The notes under the pieces are model-generated. The model searched no databases. It was not told the DNA's origin and saw only the letters and a list, made by a program, of their open reading frames with translations. From positions 75,777 to 139,776 of the IMG/VR virus record IMGVR_UViG_3300008107_000017: 64,000 nucleotides of DNA; one strand, 5' to 3'. Positions 29,312 to 39,899 of the stretch are shown in pieces (within the stretch, counting starts at the first letter, position 1; each line of letters begins with the position of its first letter). Source of the DNA: a virus. The position numbers and the translations under genes were made by a program.

Positions 29312-29538
29312 GTAGCTTTAAAGAAAAATTAGATGCATTTCATTATCATGAAGCATTAGATAGATCCGCCATGATATGTGATATGATAGATACCTTTTTA
29401 ATACATCACCCTGTGACTAAGGCAGAAAAAGAATTTGCAGAAAAATTAGAAGAAGCAAATATGAAATTATATGAAGCATACCAAATAATTGGAAGTATTT
29501 GCCACAATAAAGAAAACAGATATGAAAACAAACCCTAG
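29308..29538 (+). CDS. Hypothetical protein
   Basis: ATGA overlap tiling. Confidence 0.6.
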   Translation: MSSFKEKLDAFHYHEALDRSAMICDMIDTFLIHHPVTKAEKEFAEKLEEANMKLYEAYQIIGSICHNKENRYENKP

Positions 29539-31390
29539 ACCTAATAAGATTACTAAAATGACAGAGGAAGAATTTTTAGCAGCTGCAATGAAAACCCCAA
29601 GAGATCCAATGAAACCTGGTATTGCATTAGGTTTTTCCGTTGGGCATGATAAAGGAGCAGTACTTATCATCAATGGAAGTATTTCGGTTGGTATCTCCGA
29701 GGAAAGATTATCACGACTTAAACATGATAAGCCTTGGGATCATTCAATTCCGTTGGCATCAATTAATTACTGTCTTGATTATGCAGGACTAAGCTACGAC
29801 GATGTTGATATGTATGCATATAACACAGCCGAGGTTGGAGCACAACCTATTGCAGACATTGAAAATGAATTTCAATACTTATTAAGACAGCCATTAAGTA
29901 AACTAAAATTCTTAAATCATCATGAAGCTCATGCATATTCAACTTTCTTTAGTTCAGGATTGGATGAAGCTGCAGTGGTTGTTGCTGATGCAAACGGAAA
30001 TGGAATTATACCAGGTACACCTGCATATGAAGGGTTTGTAAAAAATAACCCAGAGTATTTAAGTAATGCTCCTAAAGATAGATTTTGGGCAGAAGGAACT
30101 TCTATATATCATTTTACCTTAAATGGGTTTAAGGAATTAGAAAAAGACTTTGTTCTTCAGCCACATCCACCACTTAATGACTTTAAGAATAAAGAAAGAT
30201 TTAATATTGGCCATGTTTATGCATATGCCACTATGAAACTTGTTTATAAGTACAATGAAAAAGATCCTAATAATAACTGGCCTGCATCAAGTGCAGGAAA
30301 GCTAATGGGATTGGCTTCATTTGGTAATAAAGACTGGGTTGAAACTCAACCATACTTATGTAAATATGATGATCTTAATCATACATTTACCAACGAGGCC
30401 GGTGAAATCTATAAAGTATATCCTGGAGTAAGTACAGATTCAAATTTTGCAGAAAAAGCAAATATTGCAGCAGTATTTCAACGTGAACAGGAAAGGATGT
30501 GTTTAACTGTTGCAAAAAGAGCCAAAAAATTATCAGGATCAAAAAACATCTGCCTGTCTGGTGGCTCATTCCTAAACTGTAATTCAAATGAACTTATCAT
30601 TAACAGTGGAGAATTTGATAATTGTTATTTTGTACCACCTGCTGATGATAGCGGTATTCCATTAGGATGCGCATGGTATGCATATCAACAGGTTATGGAG
30701 ATAACAAACAACTATTTTCTTTCCCCTTATTTAGGAAAGACATATACCCAACTTGAAATAGAAAGAGACTTCCAAAGGTTTGTTAAAGAAGATCATACTA
30801 GAATTAATCATTTTACTGTTTTTGATCATACTGATGAAAATGTATTAATTACTCATATCACAGATTTATTAAATGCTAATAAAGTAATTGGTATGCACAG
30901 AGAAGGATCTGAAATTGGCCCTCGTGCATTAGGTAATCGTTCTATTTTGGCATCTCCAATTAAACCTTGGATGCAGAATTATGTAAATATGCATATTAAG
31001 AGCAGGGAATGGTTTAGACCTTTTGCACCATCTGTTTTAGCAGAAAGAGTATCTTCTATATTTGATATAACTGCATTCTCTCCCTACATGTTAGTCACCT
31101 GTAATGTTAAAGAAGAGTGGAGGGAAAAGATTCCTGCTGTAGTTCATATTGATAATACTTCAAGAATACAAGCAGTAAGAGAAGACATTAATCCTTTCTA
31201 TCATAAGCTTATAACTAAATTTGAAGAGTGGACTGGAGTCCCTGTGATTCTGAATACATCATTTAATGGTGCACATGAACCTGTGGTTGAAACACCATAC
31301 GATGCGTTAAAAACTTTTTGGACATGTAATCTTGATGCTGTATGTATTGGTAATAAATTAATAATTAGAAATTCATACTTTAATAGGTAA
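29522..31390 (+). CDS. Carbamoyltransferase (NodU/CmcH family)
   Basis: GHDKGA, EERLSRLKH, HHEAHA, GKLMGLA, GPRALGNRSILA, REWFRPFAP, LNTSFN. Confidence 0.93.
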   Translation: MKTNPRPNKITKMTEEEFLAAAMKTPRDPMKPGIALGFSVGHDKGAVLIINGSISVGISEERLSRLKHDKPWDHSIPLASINYCLDYAGLSYDDVDMYAYNTAEVGAQPIADIENEFQYLLRQPLSKLKFLNHHEAHAYSTFFSSGLDEAAVVVADANGNGIIPGTPAYEGFVKNNPEYLSNAPKDRFWAEGTSIYHFTLNGFKELEKDFVLQPHPPLNDFKNKERFNIGHVYAYATMKLVYKYNEKDPNNNWPASSAGKLMGLASFGNKDWVETQPYLCKYDDLNHTFTNEAGEIYKVYPGVSTDSNFAEKANIAAVFQREQERMCLTVAKRAKKLSGSKNICLSGGSFLNCNSNELIINSGEFDNCYFVPPADDSGIPLGCAWYAYQQVMEITNNYFLSPYLGKTYTQLEIERDFQRFVKEDHTRINHFTVFDHTDENVLITHITDLLNANKVIGMHREGSEIGPRALGNRSILASPIKPWMQNYVNMHIKSREWFRPFAPSVLAERVSSIFDITAFSPYMLVTCNVKEEWREKIPAVVHIDNTSRIQAVREDINPFYHKLITKFEEWTGVPVILNTSFNGAHEPVVETPYDALKTFWTCNLDAVCIGNKLIIRNSYFNR

Positions 31391-31581
31391 TGAAAAGATT
31401 TGTTGAATTCACTCTTATCTGGATAAGTCAAAACATGGCCATACCGTTTTGGATGGTTGGTCACATTCACCTTATGACATCCATTTATGAAGACATTCAT
31501 GAAATCATTATGAGCATAGGTATGAATATTATTGTAGGTATAGGATTTTACTTAGATTGGAAAAAGAACAAAAATGAATAA
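31390..31581 (+). CDS. Small membrane protein
   Basis: Two hydrophobic segments. Confidence 0.6.
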   Translation: MKRFVEFTLIWISQNMAIPFWMVGHIHLMTSIYEDIHEIIMSIGMNIIVGIGFYLDWKKNKNE

Positions 31582-32692
31582 TTTAGATAAACAATATCAG
31601 GATCTTCTTAAAACGATTTTGGAACATGGTGTTACAAAAGAAGACCGGACCGGCGTAGGAACCAAGTCAATTTTTGGTTATACTATTCGTCATAATATGG
31701 CGGATGGGTTTCCTCTTTTAACTACAAAGAAAATGTATTGGAAAGGAATTGTAACTGAGCTCATCTGGTTTCTTCGTGGTGATACTAATATTAAGTTCTT
31801 AATTGATAATGACTGTAATATTTGGAACGGCGATGCATATAAAGGATATGAAAAGGAATGTATTGCACATGGCGTAGATCCAATGTCGATGGAACAATTT
31901 ATCCAAGGAATTAAGAACTATAAAGATGATCGAGATTGGATTGAGAAGATTAAAAATCCCGCTACTCATTTTATTCCAGATTTAACAGGTTACCAACTCG
32001 GAGATTTAGGTCCAGTTTATGGTAAACAATGGAGACAATGGCAAGGTTGGATGAAATATAAAAATGATGATGGTAAAACTGGACATGGTTCCCTTTGGTA
32101 TGATCAGATTCGTCGTCTTCTTAATGATCTTGAACGTAATCCAGATTCTAGACGATTAATGGTTAACTCATGGAATGTTGCAGAAATTGATCAAATGGTT
32201 CTTCCACCTTGTCATTATGGGTTTCAAGTTTATACAAGACCAACTACACGTGAAGAAAAGATTGTTAATCCTGGAAAATACAGAGCAATCTCTCTTATGT
32301 GGAATCAACGTTCAGTAGATACATTCTTAGGTTTACCGTTTAATATTGCTTCTTATGGTCTTTTATTAGAGATCATTGCAAAATTAATGAACATGGTACC
32401 TGACCAATTAATAGGCAATCTTGGAGATACACATCTCTATCTAAATCATATTGAAGCAGCAGAAAAACAAATCACCAGAGAATCATTTGAATTACCTAAA
32501 CTAAATATTAACACGGAATGGTGGCCTACTGTTGGCGGTGAATGTGGGGAAGGCCCAATTAGTTGGCAATCATTCATGGATGGATTAAATAAATTCAACA
32601 GTAATTCATTCTGTAAGTGTCTTATTGAAGAAGATATTCAACTAGGTAAATATGAATCGCAGCCTGGTATTAAGGCACCGTTAAATAATTAA
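31574..32692 (+). CDS. thyA: Thymidylate synthase
   Basis: DRTGVGT, FPLLTTKK, LPPCH, QRSVDTFLGLPFNIASY, GDTHLYLNH. Confidence 0.96.
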   Translation: MNNLDKQYQDLLKTILEHGVTKEDRTGVGTKSIFGYTIRHNMADGFPLLTTKKMYWKGIVTELIWFLRGDTNIKFLIDNDCNIWNGDAYKGYEKECIAHGVDPMSMEQFIQGIKNYKDDRDWIEKIKNPATHFIPDLTGYQLGDLGPVYGKQWRQWQGWMKYKNDDGKTGHGSLWYDQIRRLLNDLERNPDSRRLMVNSWNVAEIDQMVLPPCHYGFQVYTRPTTREEKIVNPGKYRAISLMWNQRSVDTFLGLPFNIASYGLLLEIIAKLMNMVPDQLIGNLGDTHLYLNHIEAAEKQITRESFELPKLNINTEWWPTVGGECGEGPISWQSFMDGLNKFNSNSFCKCLIEEDIQLGKYESQPGIKAPLNN

Positions 32693-32693
32693 T

Positions 32694-33671
32694 ATGACCC
32701 AAAATACATTAGGCATACATACCGTTTATACTCCAACTAATAGGCGAGGTACTACTAAGATTCATGATATGATGAGATTTGAATCAATTACAATGATTCT
32801 ATCTTGTCTTTATTGGAAAAAGTTTCAAGGACCTATAAAGTTATATTGTGACAGTAATTTTTATGACTACATAAAGAAGTTAGGATTACTTGGTCTGTGG
32901 GATGAAATTGATACAAAGACAGTCACTGAAGGTTTTGCAAAAGATATAAATCATGATACCTTCTGGGCATATGCAAAAATGTATGTTAACTCATTGCAGA
33001 AAACTCCATTTGTTAGTGTTGATCTTGACCTGTTTCAAAATGAACCGTATGATTACACAACCCATGATATTATATGCTCTCATATTGAACATTCTGATTT
33101 TATAAATGATAATGTACAAAATCGAACCACACCTGTCTATTATCCTAACTATTTTAATTGGGATATGTTTAAGGATAGGTTTGTAAAGTATCCTGATTTA
33201 AGATTCTTAAATCATTCATTGAATGTGGCAGTACTTGCTGTTAATAAACCTGAATTTTGTAAAGAAGTTTTTGATATTGCAACTTCATTTGCTAGGAATA
33301 ATAACTTTGATCCACAGAATGTTAGTACACATGGTTTTGAAAGATATGCATATACGATTCATTCATCTTCATTAATAACATTTATTGAACAAAGGGTTGC
33401 TGCAGCTGTTGCAAATACTAGAGGTTATTCCGTAAAGTCCATAATGGATTTAGAATATGACGCAGGCTTGCAAGGATGGATTGGTGATTCATCAAAAATG
33501 AAAAATCCTGGTATTACTCATCTTTGGGGATGGAAGGCTACTATGAAGCTTCCAGAAAACGAAAAAAGCAGAATCGATTTAACGAAAGAATTAGACGCGC
33601 AGTTTGCTGAAAATTTTCCAAAAGAATATGAAAGATATATGCCAACTATTCTAAAATATTGTAATGAATAA
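32694..33671 (+). CDS. Putative GT-A-fold protein (DUF6734-like)
   Basis: LYCD...FWAYAK...PFVSVDLDLF; ITHLWG. Confidence 0.5.
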   Translation: MTQNTLGIHTVYTPTNRRGTTKIHDMMRFESITMILSCLYWKKFQGPIKLYCDSNFYDYIKKLGLLGLWDEIDTKTVTEGFAKDINHDTFWAYAKMYVNSLQKTPFVSVDLDLFQNEPYDYTTHDIICSHIEHSDFINDNVQNRTTPVYYPNYFNWDMFKDRFVKYPDLRFLNHSLNVAVLAVNKPEFCKEVFDIATSFARNNNFDPQNVSTHGFERYAYTIHSSSLITFIEQRVAAAVANTRGYSVKSIMDLEYDAGLQGWIGDSSKMKNPGITHLWGWKATMKLPENEKSRIDLTKELDAQFAENFPKEYERYMPTILKYCNE

Positions 33672-33709
33672 ACAAATTAGAAAAACTACATATAAAAATA
33701 AAATAAAGT

Positions 33710-34690
33710 ATGCATTCGTGTTCAATTGAAAAGGTAAAGTTTTATTTAGATGAAAATGAATACATTTCGTATGAATCTTACCTCTTAAGAGGATGGATTT
33801 TTGGTGAAGAAACAAAAATTGATGATTTAAGATTGGTATCATTAGATAGAAAAACTGTTTATGACGCCTCTATCAAATATCCTATCTTAAGATCAGATGT
33901 CGGTTCTGTGTATTCGGACTTTACTCCTAACTCAAGTAATTCAGGTTTTAGTATAACATTTAAATCTGATATAGAAGGAGAGGTTATTCTTGAGGCAAAG
34001 ATTAAAGGTAAATGGGTATTAGTTGAAAAAATACCTATTGCAGATTATCGGATCGTAACTAAAGGACCTTTAACTAAAGTAAATGATAATGCTCACCCTG
34101 CTATAGTTGCAATAGATAACTTTTATGAAAATCCTGATATCATTCGTGAGTTGGCGTTAACTCTTGATTTTAATCCTAGTGGTTATCATAAAGGAAAGAG
34201 AACAGAATTAAAATACATAGTAGAAGGCACTCGTGAAAAAATAGAACAAGTTTTAGGAAAGAAGATTCGTAATTGGACAAGCCAACCTCATAATGGTGTA
34301 TTTCAATATTGCACCCCAACCGATCCTATTGTTTATCATTATGACTCACAAAGATTTGCAGGTGTAGTTTTCTTAACACCTGATGCACCACCTGAAGCAG
34401 GTACATCTTTTTATCGCCACAGAAAAGAAACTTGGTTGGATAAGAATCCTGCAAAATATGGTGGGTGGAAGAGCGAAGAAGAAATGAGAGACTTCGATAA
34501 AAGAGTTGTAGGTGGAGAACATGATGACTTTTTAGATCCTTCTAAATGGGAAGAAATTGATAGAATCGGTAATAAGTACAATCGATTTGCTATGTGGGAT
34601 GCAAGCCTAATACATGCAGCCACATCATACTTTGGAAAATCAAAAGAATCAGGAAGACTATTTCATATGTTCTTCTTTGACGCATATTAA
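33710..34690 (+). CDS. 2OG-Fe(II) oxygenase (DUF6445-like) with an N-terminal beta domain
   Basis: IDNFYENPD, HYD, GTSFY, IHAA, RL..MFF. Confidence 0.8.
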   Translation: MHSCSIEKVKFYLDENEYISYESYLLRGWIFGEETKIDDLRLVSLDRKTVYDASIKYPILRSDVGSVYSDFTPNSSNSGFSITFKSDIEGEVILEAKIKGKWVLVEKIPIADYRIVTKGPLTKVNDNAHPAIVAIDNFYENPDIIRELALTLDFNPSGYHKGKRTELKYIVEGTREKIEQVLGKKIRNWTSQPHNGVFQYCTPTDPIVYHYDSQRFAGVVFLTPDAPPEAGTSFYRHRKETWLDKNPAKYGGWKSEEEMRDFDKRVVGGEHDDFLDPSKWEEIDRIGNKYNRFAMWDASLIHAATSYFGKSKESGRLFHMFFFDAY

Positions 34691-34702
34691 TAAAATAAAT
34701 TT

Positions 34703-35962
34703 ATGAAATTTAGTATAATAACACCTACACACAGACCTACTTTTATTAAAGAGCTGTATGATTCAATAAAAGAGCAGACCTATAAAGATTGGGAGTGGAT
34801 TCTTTATCTTAATGGTTCTGTTTCTAAATCTGATTTACCTGAAGAAATTACTTCTGATGGTAAAGTAAAAATCTACATTGATAAGAAATGTGACCTTAGT
34901 CCTAATGTAGGTTATCAAAAGAATAAAGCATTTCATTTAGGTACAGGCGATGTATTAGTTGAAGTTGATCATGACGATATTCTATTACCTAATTGCCTAG
35001 ATGAATTGGCCAAAGCATATAAAGAAAATCCTGATGTAGGATTTGTTTATAGCGATGATGCAATCTTAGGAGATAACACTATTCCCTTTAATCAGGCAAT
35101 GGGTTGGACTTACCGTGAATTTGATTGGAAGGGTAAAAAGTTAATTGCACATGATGGGTTCCCCGCGGACGGCGGTGCAATATCAATGATCTTTTTTGCA
35201 CCAGATCATGTAAGAACATGGAAAGCCGATGTTTATCGTCAGATCGGCGGCCATGATGTAAATCTTTCTATTCTTGATGACCAGGACTTAATGATTAGAA
35301 CATACCTAGTTACTAAGTTTAAACATATCCCAAAGGTTCTCTACATCTATAGGGTTCATGGAGATAATACTTGGTTAGAAAGAAATAAAGCTATCCAAGA
35401 TGGTACCTGGCAAATGTTTAATCAATGGCAACAAAGATTAGCAGAAAGAGATGCCGATCTAAAAGGACTTAGAAAAATTGATATTGGCGGCGGTCTTTAT
35501 CCTCGTCCAGGTTATGAATCTGTTGATATTACAAACGGTGACATTACGGCTGACTTAAATAAAAAATGGCCATTTAAAGATGGTGAGATTGGGGTAATTA
35601 ATGCGTCCCATGTAATTGAACATCTTGTAGACAAGCATCATACAATGTCAGAAATTCATAGAGTACTTGCTGATGGTGCATGGGCATTTATTGAGGTACC
35701 TTCAACTGATGGCCGAGGTGCATGGCAGGATCCTACACATGTTAGTTATTGGAATCAAAATAGTTTTTGGTATTACACAAGACAGCAACAAATGGACTAT
35801 ATCTATAATAAAGATATAAAGTTTCAAGCTAGGGATTTGCAAACTGCATATCCTACTCAATTTTTTGCAGATAATAACATTTATGTAACGAGAGCCTGGT
35901 TAAGAGCAATTAAGAGTTCAAATAGAAAGAACTATCCAGGCGAACTATTATGTGACTTATGA
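34703..35962 (+). CDS. GT2 glycosyltransferase fused to a methyltransferase domain
   Basis: SIITPT...EVDHDD...DDQDL; IDIGGG...SHVIEHL...DPTH. Confidence 0.85.
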   Translation: MKFSIITPTHRPTFIKELYDSIKEQTYKDWEWILYLNGSVSKSDLPEEITSDGKVKIYIDKKCDLSPNVGYQKNKAFHLGTGDVLVEVDHDDILLPNCLDELAKAYKENPDVGFVYSDDAILGDNTIPFNQAMGWTYREFDWKGKKLIAHDGFPADGGAISMIFFAPDHVRTWKADVYRQIGGHDVNLSILDDQDLMIRTYLVTKFKHIPKVLYIYRVHGDNTWLERNKAIQDGTWQMFNQWQQRLAERDADLKGLRKIDIGGGLYPRPGYESVDITNGDITADLNKKWPFKDGEIGVINASHVIEHLVDKHHTMSEIHRVLADGAWAFIEVPSTDGRGAWQDPTHVSYWNQNSFWYYTRQQQMDYIYNKDIKFQARDLQTAYPTQFFADNNIYVTRAWLRAIKSSNRKNYPGELLCDL

Positions 35963-36066
35963 AAAAAGGAGGCTTCTTAGGAATATCCTGGGTGGGTTGG
36001 TTTTGGATTGCGGCATTTATAACCGGCATATCTTTTTGGGTTTGGGTAATAAGATTGTTTATCTAA
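35959..36066 (+). CDS. Small TM peptide (35 aa)
   Basis: Manual ORF MKKGGFLGISWVGW...RLFI*. Confidence 0.5.
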   Translation: MKKGGFLGISWVGWFWIAAFITGISFWVWVIRLFI

Positions 36067-36115
36067 AACTTTCAGATATGCCAAACCTTGTTTATATTTA
36101 ATTAAACAAAGAGTA

Positions 36116-37054
36116 ATGGCAACAAATTTAGGATATTGCTGTATCAACCTAAACCTTCGACCTAAAAGGGTTTCGGTCAATAACAGCTGCATACGTCGCA
36201 CGTATGATGAGAAGGGATTGGAACATGTAAGTCAATTGGCTTTACTTAATGCTCGCAACCTAGTAGAGATCATCAAATGGAATGATCAAAACGGTTTCAA
36301 GGTTTATCGCATGTCTTCTGATATGTTTCCTTGGATGTCAGAGTACGAAATCAAAGACCTTCCAGATTATCGTAAAATTTCAATTCTTCTTCGTGGAGCA
36401 GGTAATCTTGCTCTTAAGTATGGCCAAAGGCTATCCTTTCATCCAGGCCCATTCAATGTTTTAGGTTCTCCTAATCCAACACTTGTACGGAAAACAATCA
36501 AAGAACTTAACCAACATGCGGAGATCATGGATCTAATGGGTCTCCCTCAATCTCACCTGTATCCCATCAACATCCACTGTAATGGTGTATATAACAGTAA
36601 GATAGATACACTGTCTAGATGGGCGAGTAATTATCTACTACTCTCGGATTCGGCACAATCCCGCCTGGTTGTGGAGAATGACGATAAGGGAAGTATGTAT
36701 TCAGTAAAAGATCTTTATGACGGCATCTTTCAGGCGGTAAAGGTACCTATTACATTTGACTACCACCATCACCGTTTCAATGACGGTGGTCTTTCAGAAA
36801 GAGAAGCCTTTGAATTGGCAATGTCTACATGGCATCATCATGGTATCAAACCGCTCTTTCACTATTCTTCATGCCGACGTACCTTTGAGAACAATGAGGC
36901 TAAAGCACAGGCACATGCTGACTTTATCTATGAACAGATCAATGACTACGGTCATGATGTTGATATCGAGGTAGAGGCAAAAGCCAAAGAAGTGGCTGTC
37001 TTACGATACAAAGAAACACATCATCAATTACTAACCGAATACTTACCATTCTAA
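36116..37054 (+). CDS. uvsE: UV-damage endonuclease
   Basis: LGYCC, YRMSSDMFP, RLSFHPGPF, VENDD, FDYHHH, HYS, HAD, EAKAKE. Confidence 0.92.
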   Translation: MATNLGYCCINLNLRPKRVSVNNSCIRRTYDEKGLEHVSQLALLNARNLVEIIKWNDQNGFKVYRMSSDMFPWMSEYEIKDLPDYRKISILLRGAGNLALKYGQRLSFHPGPFNVLGSPNPTLVRKTIKELNQHAEIMDLMGLPQSHLYPINIHCNGVYNSKIDTLSRWASNYLLLSDSAQSRLVVENDDKGSMYSVKDLYDGIFQAVKVPITFDYHHHRFNDGGLSEREAFELAMSTWHHHGIKPLFHYSSCRRTFENNEAKAQAHADFIYEQINDYGHDVDIEVEAKAKEVAVLRYKETHHQLLTEYLPF

Positions 37055-37062
37055 ATTCATTT

Positions 37063-37494
37063 ATGAAAACACTATCACCTTATTACTATCACACTAGTAA
37101 AAGAGTTTTACAAAAACTTGCAATAAAAGTTATTAAAGCCCTTGATCCTAGTAAGAATCAGCCTAAGCATGGAGAATATGAATCTGAGGCAGTTTCAATT
37201 TGTAGAAAACTAATATCAAAAGAAGATACAGTTCTTCTCATATCTCCAATCTCAGGAAAAAGATATATTAAGAGTGATGATAATCAACTCTTTATCATTA
37301 TAGAGGATCTTCGAATGACTATTGTAAATCATTCATATAGTTATAACATACCTCTTGAAGCCAAGGCATTTGGTAGAGTTTCAAAAATATTTGATAATGA
37401 AGTTGAAAAACGCAGAATGCAAATGGAAACTGAAATCCGCTCAAATGTGAAACATTCACTATCAAACATATATAAAAATATCGTAAATGAATAA
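37063..37494 (+). CDS. Hypothetical protein
   Basis: ORF tiling. Confidence 0.65.
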   Translation: MKTLSPYYYHTSKRVLQKLAIKVIKALDPSKNQPKHGEYESEAVSICRKLISKEDTVLLISPISGKRYIKSDDNQLFIIIEDLRMTIVNHSYSYNIPLEAKAFGRVSKIFDNEVEKRRMQMETEIRSNVKHSLSNIYKNIVNE

Positions 37495-37756
37495 GTTTAG
37501 AGTCCTATTTATCTTTGGTTTAGGCATGATTACATTGCCTATAACTATGGTCATTTTTGCATACATTTGGCATATAGGATCAAATCGCGTAGAGAAGAGT
37601 TTTTTACAGAAAGATGATAAAGTTATTTATGATACTATTGAGGTAAAGAAAACTGTGGTTGATACGATAAAAATTAAAGTCTATGAAAAAGTGCCTCAGA
37701 TAGATACAAAAAGAGTAGAAACCCAGTCTTTACCTATAAAAGATACCTTAAAATAA
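37487..37756 (+). CDS. Single-TM membrane protein
   Basis: N-terminal hydrophobic helix; class II promoter at 37450. Confidence 0.6.
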   Translation: MNKFRVLFIFGLGMITLPITMVIFAYIWHIGSNRVEKSFLQKDDKVIYDTIEVKKTVVDTIKIKVYEKVPQIDTKRVETQSLPIKDTLK

Positions 37757-37761
37757 AAGAC

Positions 37762-38397
37762 ATGGAAGTCAAATTTGCAGATAGTTTTAGTAAATCAATA
37801 GAAAAGATAATTAGAGCCAATAGGTGGTATAATAAAGCATGGTCTTGGATTTGCTATGATGTTCCTCATTTTTGGAAAAATGTTTGGAAATTCAGAGCAG
37901 CTCTTTCTAAGCATTATTGGTGGGATTATAGTGGAACTTTAAAGTTCATGGAAATTGCAATTAATGACATTGTAACTAATGTTGAATTAAAGGGGCTCGA
38001 GATTGATGAATCTCGACTAAAGAAGGTTACAGCAATGAAACGAGTTGTTGAAATCTTAAAACATATTAGTGAAGACAGTTATATTGAAATGTCTGAGGCT
38101 AAACACGGTAAAGTAATATTTCATGGATTTGAATTTGAAGATGCCAAAGATCACCCAGGATATTACCAATTAGTTGATAATGAAACCCCGAAAGAAAGGA
38201 ATCATAACAGCAAGGTTTATGAGTATGCTAGAAAACTTGAAGAACAAGAATGGAAAGAACTTTGGAAACTTTTAGAAGGTCAATATTATAAAGATTACGA
38301 AAAAACAGTAAAACATTTAACACCAGAAGAAAGACGAAAGGATGATCACTATTATAAGTGGTTTGACGGTAGCGGCCTTAAAGGATGGTGGGACTAA
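37762..38397 (+). CDS. Conserved phage hypothetical protein
   Basis: Trp-rich, ends GWWD. Confidence 0.65.
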   Translation: MEVKFADSFSKSIEKIIRANRWYNKAWSWICYDVPHFWKNVWKFRAALSKHYWWDYSGTLKFMEIAINDIVTNVELKGLEIDESRLKKVTAMKRVVEILKHISEDSYIEMSEAKHGKVIFHGFEFEDAKDHPGYYQLVDNETPKERNHNSKVYEYARKLEEQEWKELWKLLEGQYYKDYEKTVKHLTPEERRKDDHYYKWFDGSGLKGWWD

Positions 38398-38410
38398 ATA
38401 AATACTATAT

Positions 38411-38998
38411 ATGATTAAATTTCAAAAACCCGTTTCTCCTGATCCTACCAATTGGTATTGGTTTGATGGAGGATTTACTGATGAAGAGATCACTCGTATA
38501 GAGAGAATGTCGTCTTCATTCAATTTGGAAAATGCAACTGTTAGTGATAGCGGTATCATTAATGAGGCAATGCGAAAGAGTGCAGTTGGATGGATCCCTT
38601 TTGATGATAAGTATAGGTGGATCTACGAAAAACTTGCCCACATGGTTTCTGAAGCCAATGATGTACTTTGGCATTTTGAATTAGGTGAGTTAAAGGAGCA
38701 AATCCAATACACGGAATACTATGAAGACGGTGGCCATTACGATTTTCACCTTGATGTAGGTGGTGGTGATCCTCTTAATCAAAGAAAGATAAGTATTACA
38801 GTTCAATTGTCAGATGGTTCTGAATATGAAGGTGGAGATTTTCAAATGTTAAGAGGTGGTATTGAACCAGAAACTCTTCCTAAGAAGAAAGGTGCTGTAA
38901 TCATTTTTCCATCCTACATTTTACATAGGGTTACTCCAGTTACTGCCGGTACGAGAAAATCTCTCGTTTTATGGATAGGTGGTGGGAGTTATAAGTAA
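38411..38998 (+). CDS. 2OG-Fe(II) oxygenase (prolyl-4-hydroxylase/PKHD type)
   Basis: YDFHLD, RKISITVQLS..EYEGG, FPSYILHRVTPVTAGTRKSLV. Confidence 0.9.
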   Translation: MIKFQKPVSPDPTNWYWFDGGFTDEEITRIERMSSSFNLENATVSDSGIINEAMRKSAVGWIPFDDKYRWIYEKLAHMVSEANDVLWHFELGELKEQIQYTEYYEDGGHYDFHLDVGGGDPLNQRKISITVQLSDGSEYEGGDFQMLRGGIEPETLPKKKGAVIIFPSYILHRVTPVTAGTRKSLVLWIGGGSYK

Positions 38999-39026
38999 GA
39001 GGTGTACCCGGTGTGGGTGATTTTCA

Positions 39027-39137
39027 AATTGTTAATAACTTTTTTCAGTTTTTTTCACTCTAGAGAGAAAAAAGTTTCCTAAAAATTTTTTTATCCCAAT
39101 TATTTGTATTATATTTATATAAAATAAAACGGATATG
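39027..39137 (+). repeat. Early regulatory cassette, copy 1
   Basis: AATTGTTAATAACTTTT...GAAAAAAGT...ATCCCAATTATTTGTATTATATTTATA...AAACGGATATG. Confidence 0.85.
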
Positions 39138-39338
39138 GAAAACAAAATCAAAATCAACCGCAACCCTCTAATTCTGAGTATCGTATCATTTACTGTGGCC
39201 TATATGACTGCAACTGGTAAGATTCTATCCTACATCGAATTTGCCGATGTACTTAATGAAATTGCATTCTTCGGTATAGCTGTAATGCTTGGTACCATAG
39301 GATTATTCGCATCTTTTGAAAAATCTCAATCTAAATAA
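39135..39338 (+). CDS. Small two-TM membrane protein
   Basis: Hydrophobic; starts inside the cassette. Confidence 0.65.
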   Translation: MENKIKINRNPLILSIVSFTVAYMTATGKILSYIEFADVLNEIAFFGIAVMLGTIGLFASFEKSQSK

Positions 39339-39339
39339 T

Positions 39340-39558
39340 ATGACACCTCTTGTAATCCGGGCATGGGCCCAACAACGCACTGCGGCCGATTTTATTCAAC
39401 TAATTGAAGACTATAACATTGACCTAGAGTTGATAACCATTGACAACTTATTAGACTATAACGAAGGTATGGCCTTAGTAAGAGTCAATGATCTTCTGAT
39501 TGAATTCTGTGATGGTAATCTTTTTGAAATCTCTGAATATAACTTTGACTGCATATGA
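39340..39558 (+). CDS. Hypothetical protein
   Basis: ORF tiling. Confidence 0.6.
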   Translation: MTPLVIRAWAQQRTAADFIQLIEDYNIDLELITIDNLLDYNEGMALVRVNDLLIEFCDGNLFEISEYNFDCI

Positions 39559-39653
39559 CAAATACAAAGTACATAACTAAAGATTCTTTGGATGCATTCC
39601 TAATTGGAATGAGTAAAAATGTTAATTAAAAACTGGCCTCAACTCCGAAAATA

Positions 39654-39899
39654 ATGCAAGTATACCACGCAACTCAAGCAGCTGCTCTGATAGAAGCCGA
39701 ACAGTATGCAAAGAAAAAAGGTTACTCTGTAATCTATGAAGACCGCCTATGGACTGAACATGTTGGATATGGGCACACGGTGAAGTATTCATTCCCACTT
39801 ACTTTAGACCGCACTGGCAATGAAGCAAAATTTTGGTTACACATTCAACTCTACCGCATGGGAAACGGTGGGTATGAACTTAATTGTTACTTATCATGA
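39654..39899 (+). CDS. Hypothetical protein
   Basis: Ends QLYRM..GGYELNCY, a recurrent phage motif. Confidence 0.6.
   Translation: MQVYHATQAAALIEAEQYAKKKGYSVIYEDRLWTEHVGYGHTVKYSFPLTLDRTGNEAKFWLHIQLYRMGNGGYELNCYLS

Noticed and set aside
31574-32692. Intron or intein in the long thyA
   Set aside because: The ORF is continuous; the extra length lies in insertions with no intein splice motifs or homing endonuclease signature
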